In this document: positions 13,152 through 27,220 of the stretch, piece by piece
How positions within the stretch are numbered: position 1 is the stretch's first letter
Layout of the letters: every line of letters begins with the position of its first letter
Origin: Vicugna vicugna
Lineage: Eukaryota
Assembly: GCA_013265495.1 (NCBI GenBank)
Contig: MU058824.1
Span: 248,001 to 312,000 of the forward strand
Reading direction: 5' to 3'
Length of the DNA: 64,000 bases
Notes under the pieces: model-generated
The model's database searches: none
What the model saw: only the letters and a program-made list of their open reading frames with translations
What the model was told of the DNA's origin: nothing
Position numbers and translations under genes: made by a program

Positions 13152-14405
13152 TCAACTTTATTTTTATCTTTGTTTACAGTGAATTGAACATACTTGACTT
13201 TTTTTCAAATAGCCAGAGAGAAAACCCCATTGCATACTTTAAAAAGTTGATGAACTATCCATTTAAAACTTGTTTAAAATGATAGGAAGAGCATTAGATT
13301 TCAGTTGGCCATTTTTTACATTACATTTGACCTCAAAAGCAAAATTAATGAGTCTAGAAACACTACTTTAGGTGTATAAATGTTATTATTATTGTTTTAA
13401 ATGATTGTACTATCTCAACATTTTTGTTTTACACTTGTATGATGAAGATGAAATTCTTTGAAATTTTCTGAAGACTTGAAATTAGGAAACTTAGTTAATA
13501 TTAGTTAGGTAAGAATCCGAAAAGAATTTAACAGGTTCTGATAATGAGCTGAATCTAGCAAGATAACTATTATACAAAAAATAAAAGTAGACTGTTTATA
13601 TGATAGTTTTGGATGTACACATTTGAGATGGAGGTGGGTCTTCATGTTTTAATCGTAATACCTATTAAAAGGTTTCAGTGGTTTTAGGAGACTCATTAGG
13701 AATCAGTACTGTGGTGTGGCTTCCAAACTAGATGACTCTAGGTCGTGTTCATGGAAGTGTAGTGATCTGAAAACATCAAAGCAGACAGCTAGGGCCAGAC
13801 CACATTGCTGGTATCCTGATCATTCCAAGAGCTCTTTCAGTTGTTGGCAGGCTGTCTGTGTAGGTCAGGCCAAGTAAAATAGAGGTGGTAAGAGAATCAG
13901 AAATTTTATTATATAAGGTGTAGTTGAAGGAACTGCACATGCATTGTCCAAAAAAAGGACTTAGGGATAGAATAGTTTTAAAACATTTGAAGGGGCATTA
14001 TGTAAGAGAACACAGAGTTTGATACATGTATGAAGGAGTTTATTATTTTACTTGTTCATTTACTTTTTTAAACCAACAATTAATTAGAATGATTATGCCT
14101 TTTCATTTATTTAAGTAAAAATGGTAAAGCCCCCAACATAAGGGATAGAACCTGTTTCTTGCTGTATTATATACTGAGTCAGGTTACATCCATTGTGCAC
14201 ATAATTACATAAATTTTGCTACCTCCATTGCTAGCATTTCATTTTTAAAAATACTACATGAAATGCAGAAATTCAGAAAAAAAAGGTAGCTTAAAGAAGA
14301 ATTTAACTTGAAGATATATGTTATCTCTATTTAAAAAGAATTATAAGTATGCCACTTGCTTTGTGATTTATTTTTTTAAATTGGCTTTCTTTGTACCCAA
14401 ATTAG

Positions 14406-14539
14406 GATTTTCAAAAGAGGAGTTGACTTGGCTTCAGAGCCTTCGAGGAGTTCCTCATGTCATCCAGACACAGCTTTCCCCTGTGCTGCTTTACCTTACT
14501 GACTTGGATCAATTTTTACACCATTGGGACGTAACAGAG
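14406..14539 (+). CDS. TEX10: TEX10 coding exon, 134 nt
   Basis: aattag|GA...ACAGAG|gtaatt; [45 protein letters not shown]. Confidence 0.94.
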
Positions 14540-17500
14540 GTAATTGTGCATTTAAAAAGAAACTCATGGCTCTTAGAATTTAGTTCATCAACCACCAGTA
14601 CTTACTATATATTAGGATTGCCATGTATAAGATATTTTTAGAGATGTAGAGTAGTATAAGATACAATCCCTGTTCTGAAAGTGCTTATGATCCATGGATA
14701 GGAGATGTTTGTTTCTGAAAGAGGAATGGTTTTCATTATAAGTTATGCCACTAGAATAGAATAAATTAGCAATTTGAATGATAGAGACAAATTTATTCTC
14801 TTTTATCTAGCACAGGATAGATAGGATAAATCTATTATGGAAAAGAGGAAATGCTTCATAGAAAAGGAAGAATTTTGACTTGGAAATTGAAGGATGAGTA
14901 TGAGCTAAGTAGGATTTGGAATCCTTGAAAGTGGCCTTTTCCTGAACAGAAAAGATTATTCGGGAGTTCCTTTGGTTTTAAGAATTAGTATGTAGTTTAT
15001 TAAAGTTGAATTTAAAACCCTAATTTTTTCTTAAGTTTTAAAGTTCAGCTTTTATAAACATTAAAAATTTTAAACTGTTTAAATAACTTTTAATATATTC
15101 AGTATTTGGTAAGTAGTTCAGTTTTCTGTCAGACCTTCACAAATGTTATATAGTAAATCTTTAATAAATTTAACTTATAAATATGATTAGTCTTAATATG
15201 TTAAGTTTCAGCACTGTTTATAGTGAAATTCAAGTTAAAATCACAAGTCTAAATTAATTACTGACATGTTTTAAATTGGAATTATAGGACTGATCTTTTA
15301 TCCTAATAGTCAAAATTGTCTTATATGTTACCGATAAGTAAAATAAATATGTAAAAACATCATAAATGTTAATAACAAGGATTAGAGTCTCTAAAATATT
15401 TATACAGTTAATTTATTTCTTCAGTTTCTTTCCTTGCTTTGAAAGGTGCTTGCCCAGTAAGAATGAATTGTCATTCCAAATAACCAGATTTTTTTTTTCC
15501 CCAAATAATTTTGGTTTGAATCTTTCTTGCAAATTCTGAATTTATTTTCTCTGCTGGCTAGTTTTGTTTATCATTCAGAAGGCTTCTGGCTAGGACACTG
15601 ACTATATATTCTTTCCTTCTAATTCCTAATTGCTAGGACATAAGGCTTTTTTTTAACCCTTTTTGTCAGTGTTCTCAGCAAGGTAGTCTCTAGAGCCTAT
15701 TTTCTTGCTATACCAGTTGATGTTAATCAGCTGATCCGTTTGCTTCTTTGGTTCTCTTCCTGGATCCTCTTCATGTTCTTCCTATCCCTGAGGGCTGTAC
15801 CTTTGTAGATATTTAACACACCTCTCCCATGGTTATGTTTGATCACAACACTCAGGTCATACCAGTGACATTTTCTTCTCTTTATTACCCTGGTCCTGGT
15901 ACCGTGTTCACATGTAGCTTCTCAAAAAATACTGGATTTTAAAAGTGAAAAATAATGAATTGGATAACTAACCAAATTATTTAGTATCTGAAATTTTATC
16001 TTACTCCATTCTAAATGAAGAGAGCTAAGAAAGGTAGAATGAGATTAAAGCCTTGCATACTAGATTTGGGAGTTTGGGTTTGCCAAAAGTAGTGAAGTAG
16101 TTGTTTTGTAGGACAGACTGTTTCTAATGTATTTAAACTACCATGATGTATTGGAAAAAACATTGTGTGAGGATTAGTGGGCCCCAAATTCAAGGCATAG
16201 GTTTGTCAGTGTCTAGTTTGGTAACTTGGACAGCTCCAGTAACCTTTCTCTAATTTTTCATAAGCATGTCATCTGTGTAAAGCCAAGACACAATTGTCAC
16301 GAAAATGTGATCAGCTATATTTCTGAGTGAACATTTGGCAAGGACATGTATTATACTTTAAGGTTGCTGTCTTTGAAATGTTAAGACTTAGATTGTTAAA
16401 ATCTGAAAGTTTCATTTTTAATTTTTGAAGTTCTTAAGTGAAGATTCCAATTTTATTTTGGATAAAATTTGCTATATTTAAGTTGGCCTTTTCATTTGAA
16501 ATTATTTGAAATATACATAGTTTTTGACATCCTTAGTGTAAAAATTTATTTTTCTAATTATTTTATTTGAAAAAGTTTCTAGAGTGGGATTGCTTATTTT
16601 GTTGCAGTTTTATCTACCTAGGCTGAAGTGATTTTTTTTTAATCAAAACTTTTTTTTTTGAGTATGTATTATTCACAAAGTACAATTTTAGAAGAACAGA
16701 AGGATAATAGTAAAAAGTATTCTTCCATTCCCTATCTCCCAGCCCCCATTTTTCCCTTCTTAGTTTCTAAATGTATTCTTTTAGATAACTTCTGTGTCTT
16801 CACAAATGATTACTTGTATGTATGTGTTTGTTTTTCTCCTTCTACAGAAATAAAATACTCTATAAACTGATTTGGACCTTGCAATTTTCACGTAGTATCT
16901 TTGTGATCATTTCTTCTGAGCGTGGAAGGAAGAATTACATGACCTTGCTATTAATTACGTAAACAGTAGTTAACAGGGAAAGATCATAAAGGGAAAAGGA
17001 ATCTCTGGACAGCAGTACCATTCTCAAATGGAGATTTCTATTCCAGAGCCAGTGAAAGATTTTAAGGTTAATGTTAGTTGTCATTTATAAAATTTTGAAT
17101 GGGAGTAAAAGCATATTTTTTAACTTGGTTAAGTTCTGAAGAGTAATAATAAAACATTAATCCAGTTAAAAAAATAAAACAATTTTTTTGAAACCCTTAT
17201 GTGCCTTTCCCCTGCCCGTTTAGAGTAATACTATCTTAAATTTTATCTTATTCTTGCTCCCTTATAGTTTTGCCATATTAGCAAATAACTTCAACCTCTT
17301 ATTTAGTTTTACATGTTATTGAACTTCTTAAAAGTGAAATTGTATTTTTCAGTAATTTTCTTTTTATTCATTTAGTGTACTGAGATATCTGTTAATGTAT
17401 AAGCAGTAGTTCATTCTTTGTTGCTGTGTAGCATTACATTGTAATTAGATATCATAATTGGTAGCTTCAGTATTTTCAGCATTCCATTTTGTCCCCACTT

Positions 17501-17619
17501 TTGTCATGTTGGCTGTGCCTCTTTGTTTTGTTTTTAAGTGTATGTTCTTTAAGTTAATGTAGCCTGCCTTCTATGCTGTACCACTTCATGCCATAATACA
17601 GTGTGTAATGACATGTGAG

Positions 17620-20460
17620 GTCATTCTTATTTTTGTTTTTCTGTATGTAATGTGTATTTTCCCCTCTACATGGCTTTTTTCCCCTACAAACTTTAAAGAT
17701 TTTTCCTTTTATCACATTTGCCAGCAGTTTGATTATTTTAATACCTTCATATTATTTTCTTCATGTTTTTCTTAATTTGGTGTTTGCTGATGTTTATTAG
17801 GTTTATAGTTTATTGTGTTGGGGGAAATGTCAGCCATTATTCCTTCAAAAAATGTTTTGGTCCCATTCTTTGGGACTCCGATAACGTATATGTTTGACCA
17901 CTTGATATGGTTCTGCAAGCATTTGAGAATGAGACTTTTTTTTTTACCTTTTATGGTCTGTTTCAGAAAGTATGCTGTCTTCAAGTTCACTGATTTTTTT
18001 CTGCAGTATCTAATCTACTCTTAAATCTAACCACTGATTTTTTTTAAAGACTTTTTAAAGAGAAGTTTTAGTTTCACAAAGAAAATTGAAGGGAAGGAAC
18101 TGATATTTCTTATATACTCCCTCCCCCCCACACATGGCATAGCCTTCTCCATTTGTTAAAATAATGGATCTGTGTTGATATAATCACCCAAGTCCATAGT
18201 TTACGGTTCACTCTTGGTGAACCCCATTCTGTGGGTTTGGACAAATGTATGATGACATGTATCTATCACTATGGACTCATACAGAGTATTTTCATTGCCC
18301 TAAAAGCCTGTTCATCTCCCTCCCCTGCCCCAACCCTTTGGCAACCACTGATCTAATTGCTATCTCCATAGTATTGGTTTTTGCAGAATGTCATATATTT
18401 GGAACCATGCGGTATATAGCCTTTTCAGATTAGTTTCTTTCATTTAGTGATATTTATGTAAGGTTCCTCCATGTTTGTTTCATGGCTTCATAGCTCATTT
18501 CTTCTTAGCACTGAATAATATTCCATTGTCTGAATGTACTGCAGTTTATTTATCCATCTACCTTCTGAAGGATATCTTGGTTATTTTCAAATTTTGGCAG
18601 TTTTGAACAGAGCTGCTATAAACATTTGTGTGTAGGTTTCTGTGTAGACAAGTTTTCAACTCCTTTGGGTAAGTACTAAGGAGAGCAGTTGCTGCATCAT
18701 ATGGTAAGAGTATGTTTAATATTGTAAGGAACAACCAAAATAATGTTCCACAGTGGCTATACCATTTTGCATTTCCACCAGCAATAAATGAGAGTCTCTG
18801 TTGCTCCATATCCTTGTCAGCATTTGGTATTGTCAGTGTTCCAGATTTTGGTCATTCTAATAGATGTGTAGTAGTATCTCATTATTATTTTAATTTGCAT
18901 TTCCCTGATAACATATAACGTGGACCATCTATCCCTATGCTGACTTGCCTTGTGTCTTCTTTGGTGAGGTGTCTGTTATGGTCTTTGGCCCATTTTTAAG
19001 TTAGGTTGTTTTCTTATTGTTGAGTTTTAAGAATTCTTTGAGTATTTTGGATAACAGTTCCTTATCAGATGTGTCTTTTGTAGAGGTTTTCTCCTAGTCT
19101 GGGCTTATATTTTTGTACTCTTGACATTATCTTTTGTAGAACAGAACTTTTTTTTTTAACTTCAGTGACATCCAGTTTATCAGTTATTTTGTTCATGCAT
19201 TGTACCTTTAGTGTTGTATCTAAAAACTCATCACCATACTCAGGGTCATCTACATTTTTCCTCCTGTTACCTTCTTAGAATTTTATAGTTTTACATTTTA
19301 CATTTAGATCTGTTGTGATCCATTTTGAGTTAATTTTTGTGAAGCGGTGAAGGTCTCTGTCTAGATTCATTTTTTTTTTCATATGGATGTCCAGTTGTTG
19401 CAGCATCATTGTTGAAAAGACAATCTTTGCTCCCTTGTCAAAGATCAGTTGACTTTGTGGTTCTATTTCTGGGCTCTGTTCTGTTCCATTTATTTATTTG
19501 TCTATTCTTTTGCCGATACCACACTGTCTTGATTACTATAGCTTTATAGTAATTTTTGTAATCGGTGTCAGTCCTTTGAATTGTTCTTCTTCAGTATATG
19601 TTGGCTAGTCAGTATAGTAGTCTAGGGTCTTTTGCCTCTCTGTATTGACTTTAGAATCAGTATGTGTATATCCACAAAATGACTTGCAGGTATTTTGGTT
19701 GGATTTGTATTCAGTCTATAGATTAAGTTGGGAAGAACTGACATCTTGACAATACTGAATCTTTCTATCCATGAACCTGGAATGTCCTCCATTTGTTTAG
19801 TTCTTTGATTTTGTTCATCAGTTTTGTAGTTTTCTTCATATAGATCTTAAGTATATTTTATTAGATATTAGATTATTAGATTCATTTTTTGGGGGGTGCT
19901 AATGTAAATGTTATTATGTTTTTAATTTCAAATTCCATGTGTTCATTGCTGGTATTTAGGAAAGCAATTGACTTTTAGATATTAATGTTGTATCCTGCAA
20001 CCTTGCTCTAATTGTTCCAGGATTTTTTTTTTCTGTTGATTGTTTCATGTTTTCTAGAAGGATGACCATGTGATCTGTGAATAAAGACCAACCAATGAAT
20101 TTTAAGTTTTAGATAATGTGTTTTTTTATCTCAAGAGTTTTTTTGGTTCATCTTCTGTTTCTCTTATATTCATTTTATAATAGTTGTTTAAAGTTCTTGT
20201 CTGCTAATTCTGTCATAATCTGTCATTTATGTTCGTTGATTTTTTTTCCTGTTTATGTGGCACATTTTCATGTTTCTTAACGTGTAGTAGATTGTGAGTG
20301 GATATTGGACAGTAGAAATTTTATATGGTAGATTTTGCCTCCTTCTTTTAAAGAGTATTTTGCTGTGTTCTGACAGGCAGACAAGTTACTTATCAGCTTT
20401 ATCCCTTAGTCTTGTCTTTAAGTTTTGTTGCAGTGGTTTATTAGAGTACATAGCCTTTAC
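17620..20460 (-). mobile_element. Nested L1s: about 2 kb L1MC-like 3' portion (about 18037-20089) inside an older L1 ORF1-region fragment
   Basis: ORF 18558..18809(-) is a decayed ORF2 C-terminus (LSFIAGGNAKWYSH...LPYDAATALL); ORF 17772..17990(-) is ORF1-like (NIYVIGVP...FEGIMA); degraded duplication aaccactgattt / aaccaatgaattt at the flanks. Confidence 0.8.
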
Positions 20461-20462
20461 TA

Positions 20463-20685
20463 AGGTGAGGATCAGTAAACTACAGTTTTAGGCCAGATCT
20501 GGGTTGGCCCTGTTTTTGTACCACCCTTGAGCTAAGAGTGGTGTTTACTTTTTGGTAAATCAGTTGTTAAAGCAGAAAAAATAACTCAAAACCAAGAATA
20601 TGTGGCAGAATCTGAGTCCTGCAAAACCTAAAATACTTAACTTATTTGGTCCTATTTTACAGAAAAGGTTTGCTAACTCCTGCCC
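20463..20685. mobile_element. MER58-family hAT MITE
   Basis: gatcagtaaactacag...ggccagatctgg...cctgcaaaacctaaaatac...tttacagaaaaggtttgctaactcctg. Confidence 0.65.
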
Positions 20686-21289
20686 TAGTGCTAATTTAGC
20701 CCTACTGTTATGTTCTCTTTCTGAGTATCATCTGAATGACCGCGGTGTTCTATGAAAACACTCCATTCTGACTGGTTAGAAATCAAACATCTCTTTGCCC
20801 TGTTTGAGCTTTGTGCACAGCTCTGCTGCTGCTTTGGCCATGTGGAATTTCACTAATGCAAGTACGGCTTTTTATTCATCAACATACCTGAGGAGCCTGG
20901 AGCTGGCTGTCAGGCAAGAAGAGAAGAATTCGACTTTGTCAAATGGCCTTTATTGGAGAACAGGGAATCCTGTCAACCTTTTGACCATCTTTCTGGGCTG
21001 AATTGAGAAAATAGGAGAATCAGGGGGCCTCTGAGGGGTCTGATCTCCTCCACATTTCCCAAATTCTTAACTACAAAAGCAGAGAGGCCAAGCCGATAAC
21101 CTCTGTGACTCATAGTCCTAAGGAAATAATGATTAGCTCCAGTCCCTGGCCTGAAAGTGGGTTGGGTCTTTAGTGCGCGCACAGGCTCTCATTACAGATT
21201 CTTGACGGCTATACCTTAGTAATAGGACATATAGGCAGAGACCATGAATACAGATTAAATTTCTCCAGAGGATTGCTGAGGACCTCTGA

Positions 21290-21605
21290 AGACACTGAAA
21301 ACTATAAAATGTTACTGAGCGATATTAAAGATGACCTAAATACATGCAGGGATATATAATGTTCATGGATAGGGAGACTTCTATGTTGTAAAAAATAATA
21401 GCTAAGTTAATATATAGTATAGATTCTGTAGTATAGATTCAGTGTAATCCAAAGTCAGAGCTGATGTTTTTGTGGAAATTGAAAAGGTGATTCTAAAATT
21501 AACATTGAAATGCTGAGGAACAAAAATAGCAGGACCTTGTTGAGTAAAAAGGCCGGAGGGCTTATACTACCAGACATCCATTATAAAGCCGTGGTAATTA
21601 AGCAG
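21290..21605 (+). mobile_element. Old L1 ORF2 fragment
   Basis: attaaagatgacctaaatacatg...tgttcatggataggga...gaaattgaaaaggtgattctaaaatt. Confidence 0.7.
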
Positions 21606-21882
21606 TTGAGACAATAGGAGAAAGCAAGTGGGGCACAAAAGGACTCTGAACACAAGCATGCTTCCAATCCTAGGGAACCCTTGGGTGGGCTTTAGAGGCA
21701 GCTTGGGTGAAATGAGTTTGTTCCCCACACCCACCAGCTACGTAAAGGAATAGTGGGGTAGGAAAGAGCCCCAGAAGAGAAGCAGACCCCTCAAACTTAG
21801 AGAAAAATTACAACTGCAGTACAAAGAACTTCTGTTTTCTTAGACTATTTGATGTAATGCCCATAGCCCATACTTTAGCATG

Positions 21883-23312
21883 CAGGCATACCTTGTTTTA
21901 TTGTGCTTCACTTTATTGTACTTTGAAGATACTGTGGTTTTTTTGTTTTTTGTTTTTTTTTTTACAAATAGAATGTTTGTGGCAACCCTGCTTTGAGGAG
22001 GTTTGTTAGCACCCATTTTTCCAATAGCATTTGTACACTTTGTGTCTCGGTGTTACTTCTTGTAATATTTCATACTTTTTCATTGTTACTGTATTTCTTA
22101 TGGTGATCAGAGATCTTTGATACCACTATTGTAATTGCTGGTTGGGGACATCACCAACAGCACCCGTGTAAGATGGCAAACTTAATAAATATTGTATGTG
22201 TTCTGACTGCTCCACCAACCAGCTGTTCCCCCTATATCTCCCTCTCCTCAGGCCTCCCTATTCCCTGAGACACAACAATGTTGAAATTAGGCCAGTCAGT
22301 AACCATCCAATGGCCTCTACATGTGTTCAAGTGAAAGGAAGAGTCCACATCTCTTACTTAAAATCAAAAGCTAAGAATGATTAAGCTTAGTAAGGAAGGC
22401 ATGTTGAAAGCTGGGATAGGCTGGAAGCTCTTGGGCCACTTAGCCAAGCTAAAGATGCAAAAGAAAAGTTCTTATAGAAAAAAAGGGCTACTCCAGTGAA
22501 CACACAAGTGATAAGTATAACAGCCTTATTGCTGATGTGGAGAAAGTTTGGTCTGGATAGAAGATCAAACTAGCCACCACATTCCTTCAGGCCAAGGCCA
22601 AAGCCAAATCCAGAGCAAAGCCCGAACTCTCTTCAATTCTGTGAAGGCTGAAAGAGGTGAGGGAGCTACAGAAGCAAAGTTTGAAGCTAGTAGATGCTGG
22701 TTCCTGATGTTTAAGGAAAGAAGTTACATCCATAACATGAAAGTTCCAGATGAAGCGCCAAGTGCTGATAGAGAAGTTGCAGCAAATTATCTGAAAGATC
22801 TAGCTAAGATAATTTTTGGAAGTGGCTGTACTCCTCAACAACAGATTTTCAGTGTAAACAAAACAGCTTTATTTTGGAAGAGGATGCCATCTAGGACTTT
22901 TCATGGCTAGAAAGAAGTCAGTGCCTGGTTTTAAACCTTCAGAGGACAGGCTGACTCTTGTTAGGGGCCAGTGCAGCTGGTGACTTTTAGGATGAAGCTA
23001 GTACTCATTTGCCATTCTGCAGATCCTAGGGCTCTTAAAGAATTATGCCAATCATACCTGTGCACCATAAATGAAGCGAAGCCTTGATGAAAATGCATCA
23101 GTTTACAACATGGTTTACTGATTATTTAAGCTCACTGTTGATACCTACTGTGCAGAAAAAAAGATTCCTTTCACAGTATCACTGCTCATTGATAATGCAC
23201 CTGGTCACCCTAGAACTCTGGTGGAGTTGTACAAGATTAACGTTGTTTTCATGCCTGCTAACACAGCATCCTTCCTGCAGTCCATGGATCAAGGAGTCAT
23301 TCTGACTTTGAG
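21883..23312 (+). mobile_element. Tigger1 DNA transposon, 5' 1.4 kb with disrupted pogo-like transposase
   Basis: Begins with TIR caggcatacc; ORF 22548..22910 (VWIEDQTSHHIP...QIQSKARTLFNSVKAERGE...FEASRCWF...QQIFSVNKTALFWKRMPSRTF) is CENP-B HTH/DDE-type; frameshifts and stops; 3' half missing. Confidence 0.9.
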
Positions 23313-24109
23313 GTCAAAGCATAGAGCTGTTGATTTTTGAGGACTGACAGTTCTCTTGAATTTATCTTGACTGTTCATTCTCTTCCTAGAGTGACATTCT
23401 TCTTTCTACCAGTCTTGTCTTTGTCTCTCTGTGCAATTTTTCTACCCATTTCATTTTTGGTCCTGCATTCCGTTAGCTTCTAGAGTTGTGTTGTGATTCT
23501 TTGAAGGACTCAATGCTGTCCTTTCCTCTTATTTTCTTGAGAACTTAGAAAATTGAAGTAGTAGAGATTTAATCCCCACCTCCCTCATATTTTTCTTCTT
23601 TTCCTGTGGACTGTTCTCTTTTACCTTTGGGGAAAGGAGGCAGCATTATAATTACTTTGAACAGGATACTGGTATTTTCTGGATTGTAATTTTTTTTTCC
23701 TATGCTATGTTTTTCCACCAAGAAAGGGTTTTGTCAGCCCTCTGTTCACATCGCTCAGATCTTCCTGTTGTAGCACCTACTTAATAGAAATGTAGTCTGT
23801 ACCTTGGTAGCTGGTAAGCTACTTGAGGACTGTGAGACAGAAGAGTTTCTCATCCTTTCATTCCTGTGTGTAGCACCTAATAGGACTAGCTCAGTGCTCA
23901 GTAAATGTTTAATAAATGAATTATTTGGAAAATAAGCCTAAATATATGAGGCTTGATTGTTTGACCTTTAACATTTGCATCTTTAAAGTCACTTTTTGTT
24001 AAGTTTCCTCTTAATATGTAGAGTAGGCAGGTTTAAAAAAAAAATCTATTGAACTTGTTTCTGACCTAAAATGTTCTGATTTGATACTGGTTTTCTTCTT
24101 TTCTGACAG

Positions 24110-24190
24110 ACAGTTTGTCACAATTTATTGGTTATCCCTGCCCGAAGTCAGAGCTTTGACATCCTGCAAAGTGCCATCAGTAAGCATTTG
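24110..24190 (+). CDS. TEX10: TEX10 coding exon, 81 nt
   Basis: ttctgacag|ACA...CATTTG|gtaaat; [27 protein letters not shown]; phase 0/0. Confidence 0.92.
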
Positions 24191-25789
24191 GTAAATATAC
24201 ATAAATTTTTTGTTACACAAAAAGGCATAGAGATTCATTGGTTAAGATTGAGTTTGCCCTACCTGAGGAGACAGTGAGTGTCCAGAATTCTAAGCTTAAT
24301 AATTTCGTGGCCTCTCATAGCGTGATGCTGTGAGAACTGAAAAATCTTAGTGTTCTTCCTGGGTATTACTAATTAATTCTGTGACCTTGGGAAAACCTTT
24401 TATTTTCCTGGGATCTTACTTTCTACATCTGCAATGAAAGACCTTAAAATTATACCTCAGGTCCTTTTGACTTAAATGCTTTAAATTAACACACGCCTGG
24501 TGTCACTCTATTGGGAATCCAACATCCAGACTTGGATCCAGTTTCCACTGAGAAGATTTGAGGTCTAAAGTAGGGATGTCACCTGTCAGCCTGGAGGCCT
24601 GCTCACTAGAAGCAGGGAGCTCAGCCATGAAACCGACTTAGGTTTTGGCCAGTGGGTGTCTCTTGTTCTCATTGGTATTAAATTCACATTAGGTATACCT
24701 GGAGTTTGCTTTTCATTTCCTTCAACATTTACACTTTGACCTTTGGCTTTTTAGTATAATAATGGATTATAATGCAAGGGAGGGCTCCAGAAATTTATCT
24801 TCCAGGGACTCTGACTTGTTTGGATAATTTTATAGTCACATCCACATCCCCCTTTCTTTACTTCCCTTGAGTTGGAAGACTGCTGCTTTGAATTCCCAAT
24901 ATTCTTTTCTCCCTGCTGTCGAACTTCCAATCCTTATACCTTGTCTCTTCGAAGACCCCCACTTTTTCCTCCCTTCTACGCCAGAAATTTATGCCCTCCT
25001 TTGACTACATTCACTATTCTAGTAAAAGATCAACATGCCAGTCAGTCTTGGCTACTTTTTTCAGACAACTTGATGGAAAGGTTAAGACCTCAGAGCCTGC
25101 AGACTTTGTGATTACTCAGCAGTAGTTTGCAGGAGATTTAAACCATGCATACATACAGTTAAAAGTTACAGTCCACCTTAATGACAGATTATACAGTAGA
25201 GTCCAGATGAGTTAGCATACCTTGATGTCCCTTATATGAGTTTGGGGGAGTGAAGCAGTCAAGTGAAATCCAGTGCAGGTGTTTTCCTTAGTCATGTCTA
25301 AATGACTGGCTAAACCAAAGGGCAGGGGAAAGGATAATTGTAAAATGAACTCTGGTTTGTACATTTAATTACCTGAGATGGAGGTGATACCAGTTAGAGT
25401 TTTCCAGTCTGAATAATCTAAAGATCATGTAAATGTGATGGTATCAAGATTTTCTTTGGATGCATGAAATAATCCTTTTAAATAATGGCATTTCTGGCCA
25501 TCAATAGAAATTGTAATATCTAGAAGATTTTAGAACACTGTCATGAAGGGGAGATTGTGGATTGAATCGGTGTGTTTTCTTGAGTTTGCATGTTTTCAGT
25601 CATTTACTGTAGCAATTAAGTTCTCAAAGGAAAACAGGACCTTAAGGTGTGGTAGTTGGCATGGCATGTATTATGTATATACTAGTTTTCACTAGAAGTG
25701 ACAGTTAACTCCAGTTAATGGTGTTTTGTTTTATCCTGGGGTGAGGGGCTGTCGTGAAGAGGTCATTAATCTCATTTTTCTCTGCCTAG

Positions 25790-25971
25790 GTTGGGTTGAC
25801 TGTAATTCCAGACAGCACAGCTGGCTGTGTTTTGGGTGTTATGTGTAAGCTCCTGGATCATACGTGTGTACTTAGTGAGTCTCTCCTGCCGTTTCTGGCT
25901 TCCTGTTGCTACAGTCTTTTTTATTTTCTACTTACTTTAGAAAAAGGAGAAGCAGAACATCTAAGAAAAAG
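25790..25971 (+). CDS. TEX10: TEX10 coding exon, 182 nt
   Basis: gcctag|GTT...AAAAG|gtaata; [60 protein letters not shown](R). Confidence 0.93.
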
Positions 25972-26999
25972 GTAATAGTTCTCATTTTTTCCTACCTGTT
26001 GGACTCCCCCAGACAGTCAATCAGTCCAAAAAAGAGAGCTTTTCTAGAATCTAATTCTCTTTCAGAGTTTGTATAAACCTAGCTAGCTTTTTCTTTGTTC
26101 TTTCATGACTCCCCTTTGTGTTGTGGCGAGCATTCCTAATTTATGCTTTTTCCTTTAAGCTACAAATTTGAAAAGTTAGATGGCATTACAAAGTTTGAAA
26201 GTTTCCCTTATTAAAATTGCTATAGATCTGGCAAGAAGAAAAATTCTAGTTTTAGAAGGATGGGCTTATTATTAGTACAAGCCTTTTGTATTTTGTTTTT
26301 GGCTTTATTAGAACTAGCCATTGTGGGATTTTAAATTCTTGGATTTAAGGAAATTGTTCTAAGTTGCTAGTGTTCTTAATTAGTGCTTTTGCTCATATAT
26401 AATTTTTAGACTAAAGCTTCTAGTACAGTATGAAAGATTTCACTTTAATTTTCAAAAAGTATGCTCATATTCATGTTCATATTGGAATGCTGTTAATTCA
26501 TTGCAGGAGTTTTTTAAAAAATCTAACAGATGAGCAAATATAAGAAAATAAAAATCCTTCTATCACATTTTAACATTTGCCTTTCTAGTCTTTTCTGAAC
26601 TTTTAAATGTCATAGAAATATATCATACATATGATTGTATAAGATATTTAAATAGTTTAAAGACTAAGTATTAACTGAACATCCACATCCATTTGCTGGA
26701 CCTCCAGGTTCAGAAATGGAACCTCGTCAGCATGCACACTCTCCATTTCCCCTCCACAGTTACATTTCTTTTCTGTACCCCCAGAGACCACTTTTCTGTT
26801 GATCACTTCTTGCCTTTCTATTTAAACTTTTTTTATGCATTTATAAATAATTTAATTTTATTTTGCATATTTTAAGAATATAATATAAAATGAATCATAC
26901 TGTATTTTTTTTATTTATTGTCATCATCTGTGAGAGTTAACGCATGTTGATTCAAAAATATGTTGATTCAAAAATATATTTCATTCAGTTGTTTCTCTA

Positions 27000-27220
27000 T
27001 ACCAGAAATCAGCAAACTTCTTTCTGTAGAGTTAGGTGGTAAATATTTTAGGTTTTTTAAACCATAAAGTCTCTTGTCAGAACTACTCAGCACTACCCTG
27101 GTAGTGAGAAGGCAACATTAGATAATACGTGAATGAATGGGTGTGGCTATGTTCCAGTAAAATTTTACATACAGATACAGGCTCTGAGCTCGAATGGCTG
27201 CGGTCTAGTACCCCCATTCT
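27000..27220. mobile_element. MER58A-like hAT MITE
   Basis: tcagcaaacttctttctgta...gtaaatattttagg...aactactcag...gaatgggtgtggctatgttccagtaaaatttta. Confidence 0.7.

Noticed and set aside
22310..23312. Domesticated TIGD1-like transposase gene
   Set aside because: Multiple frameshifts and stops, 3' half missing, embedded in Tigger1 non-coding sequence.
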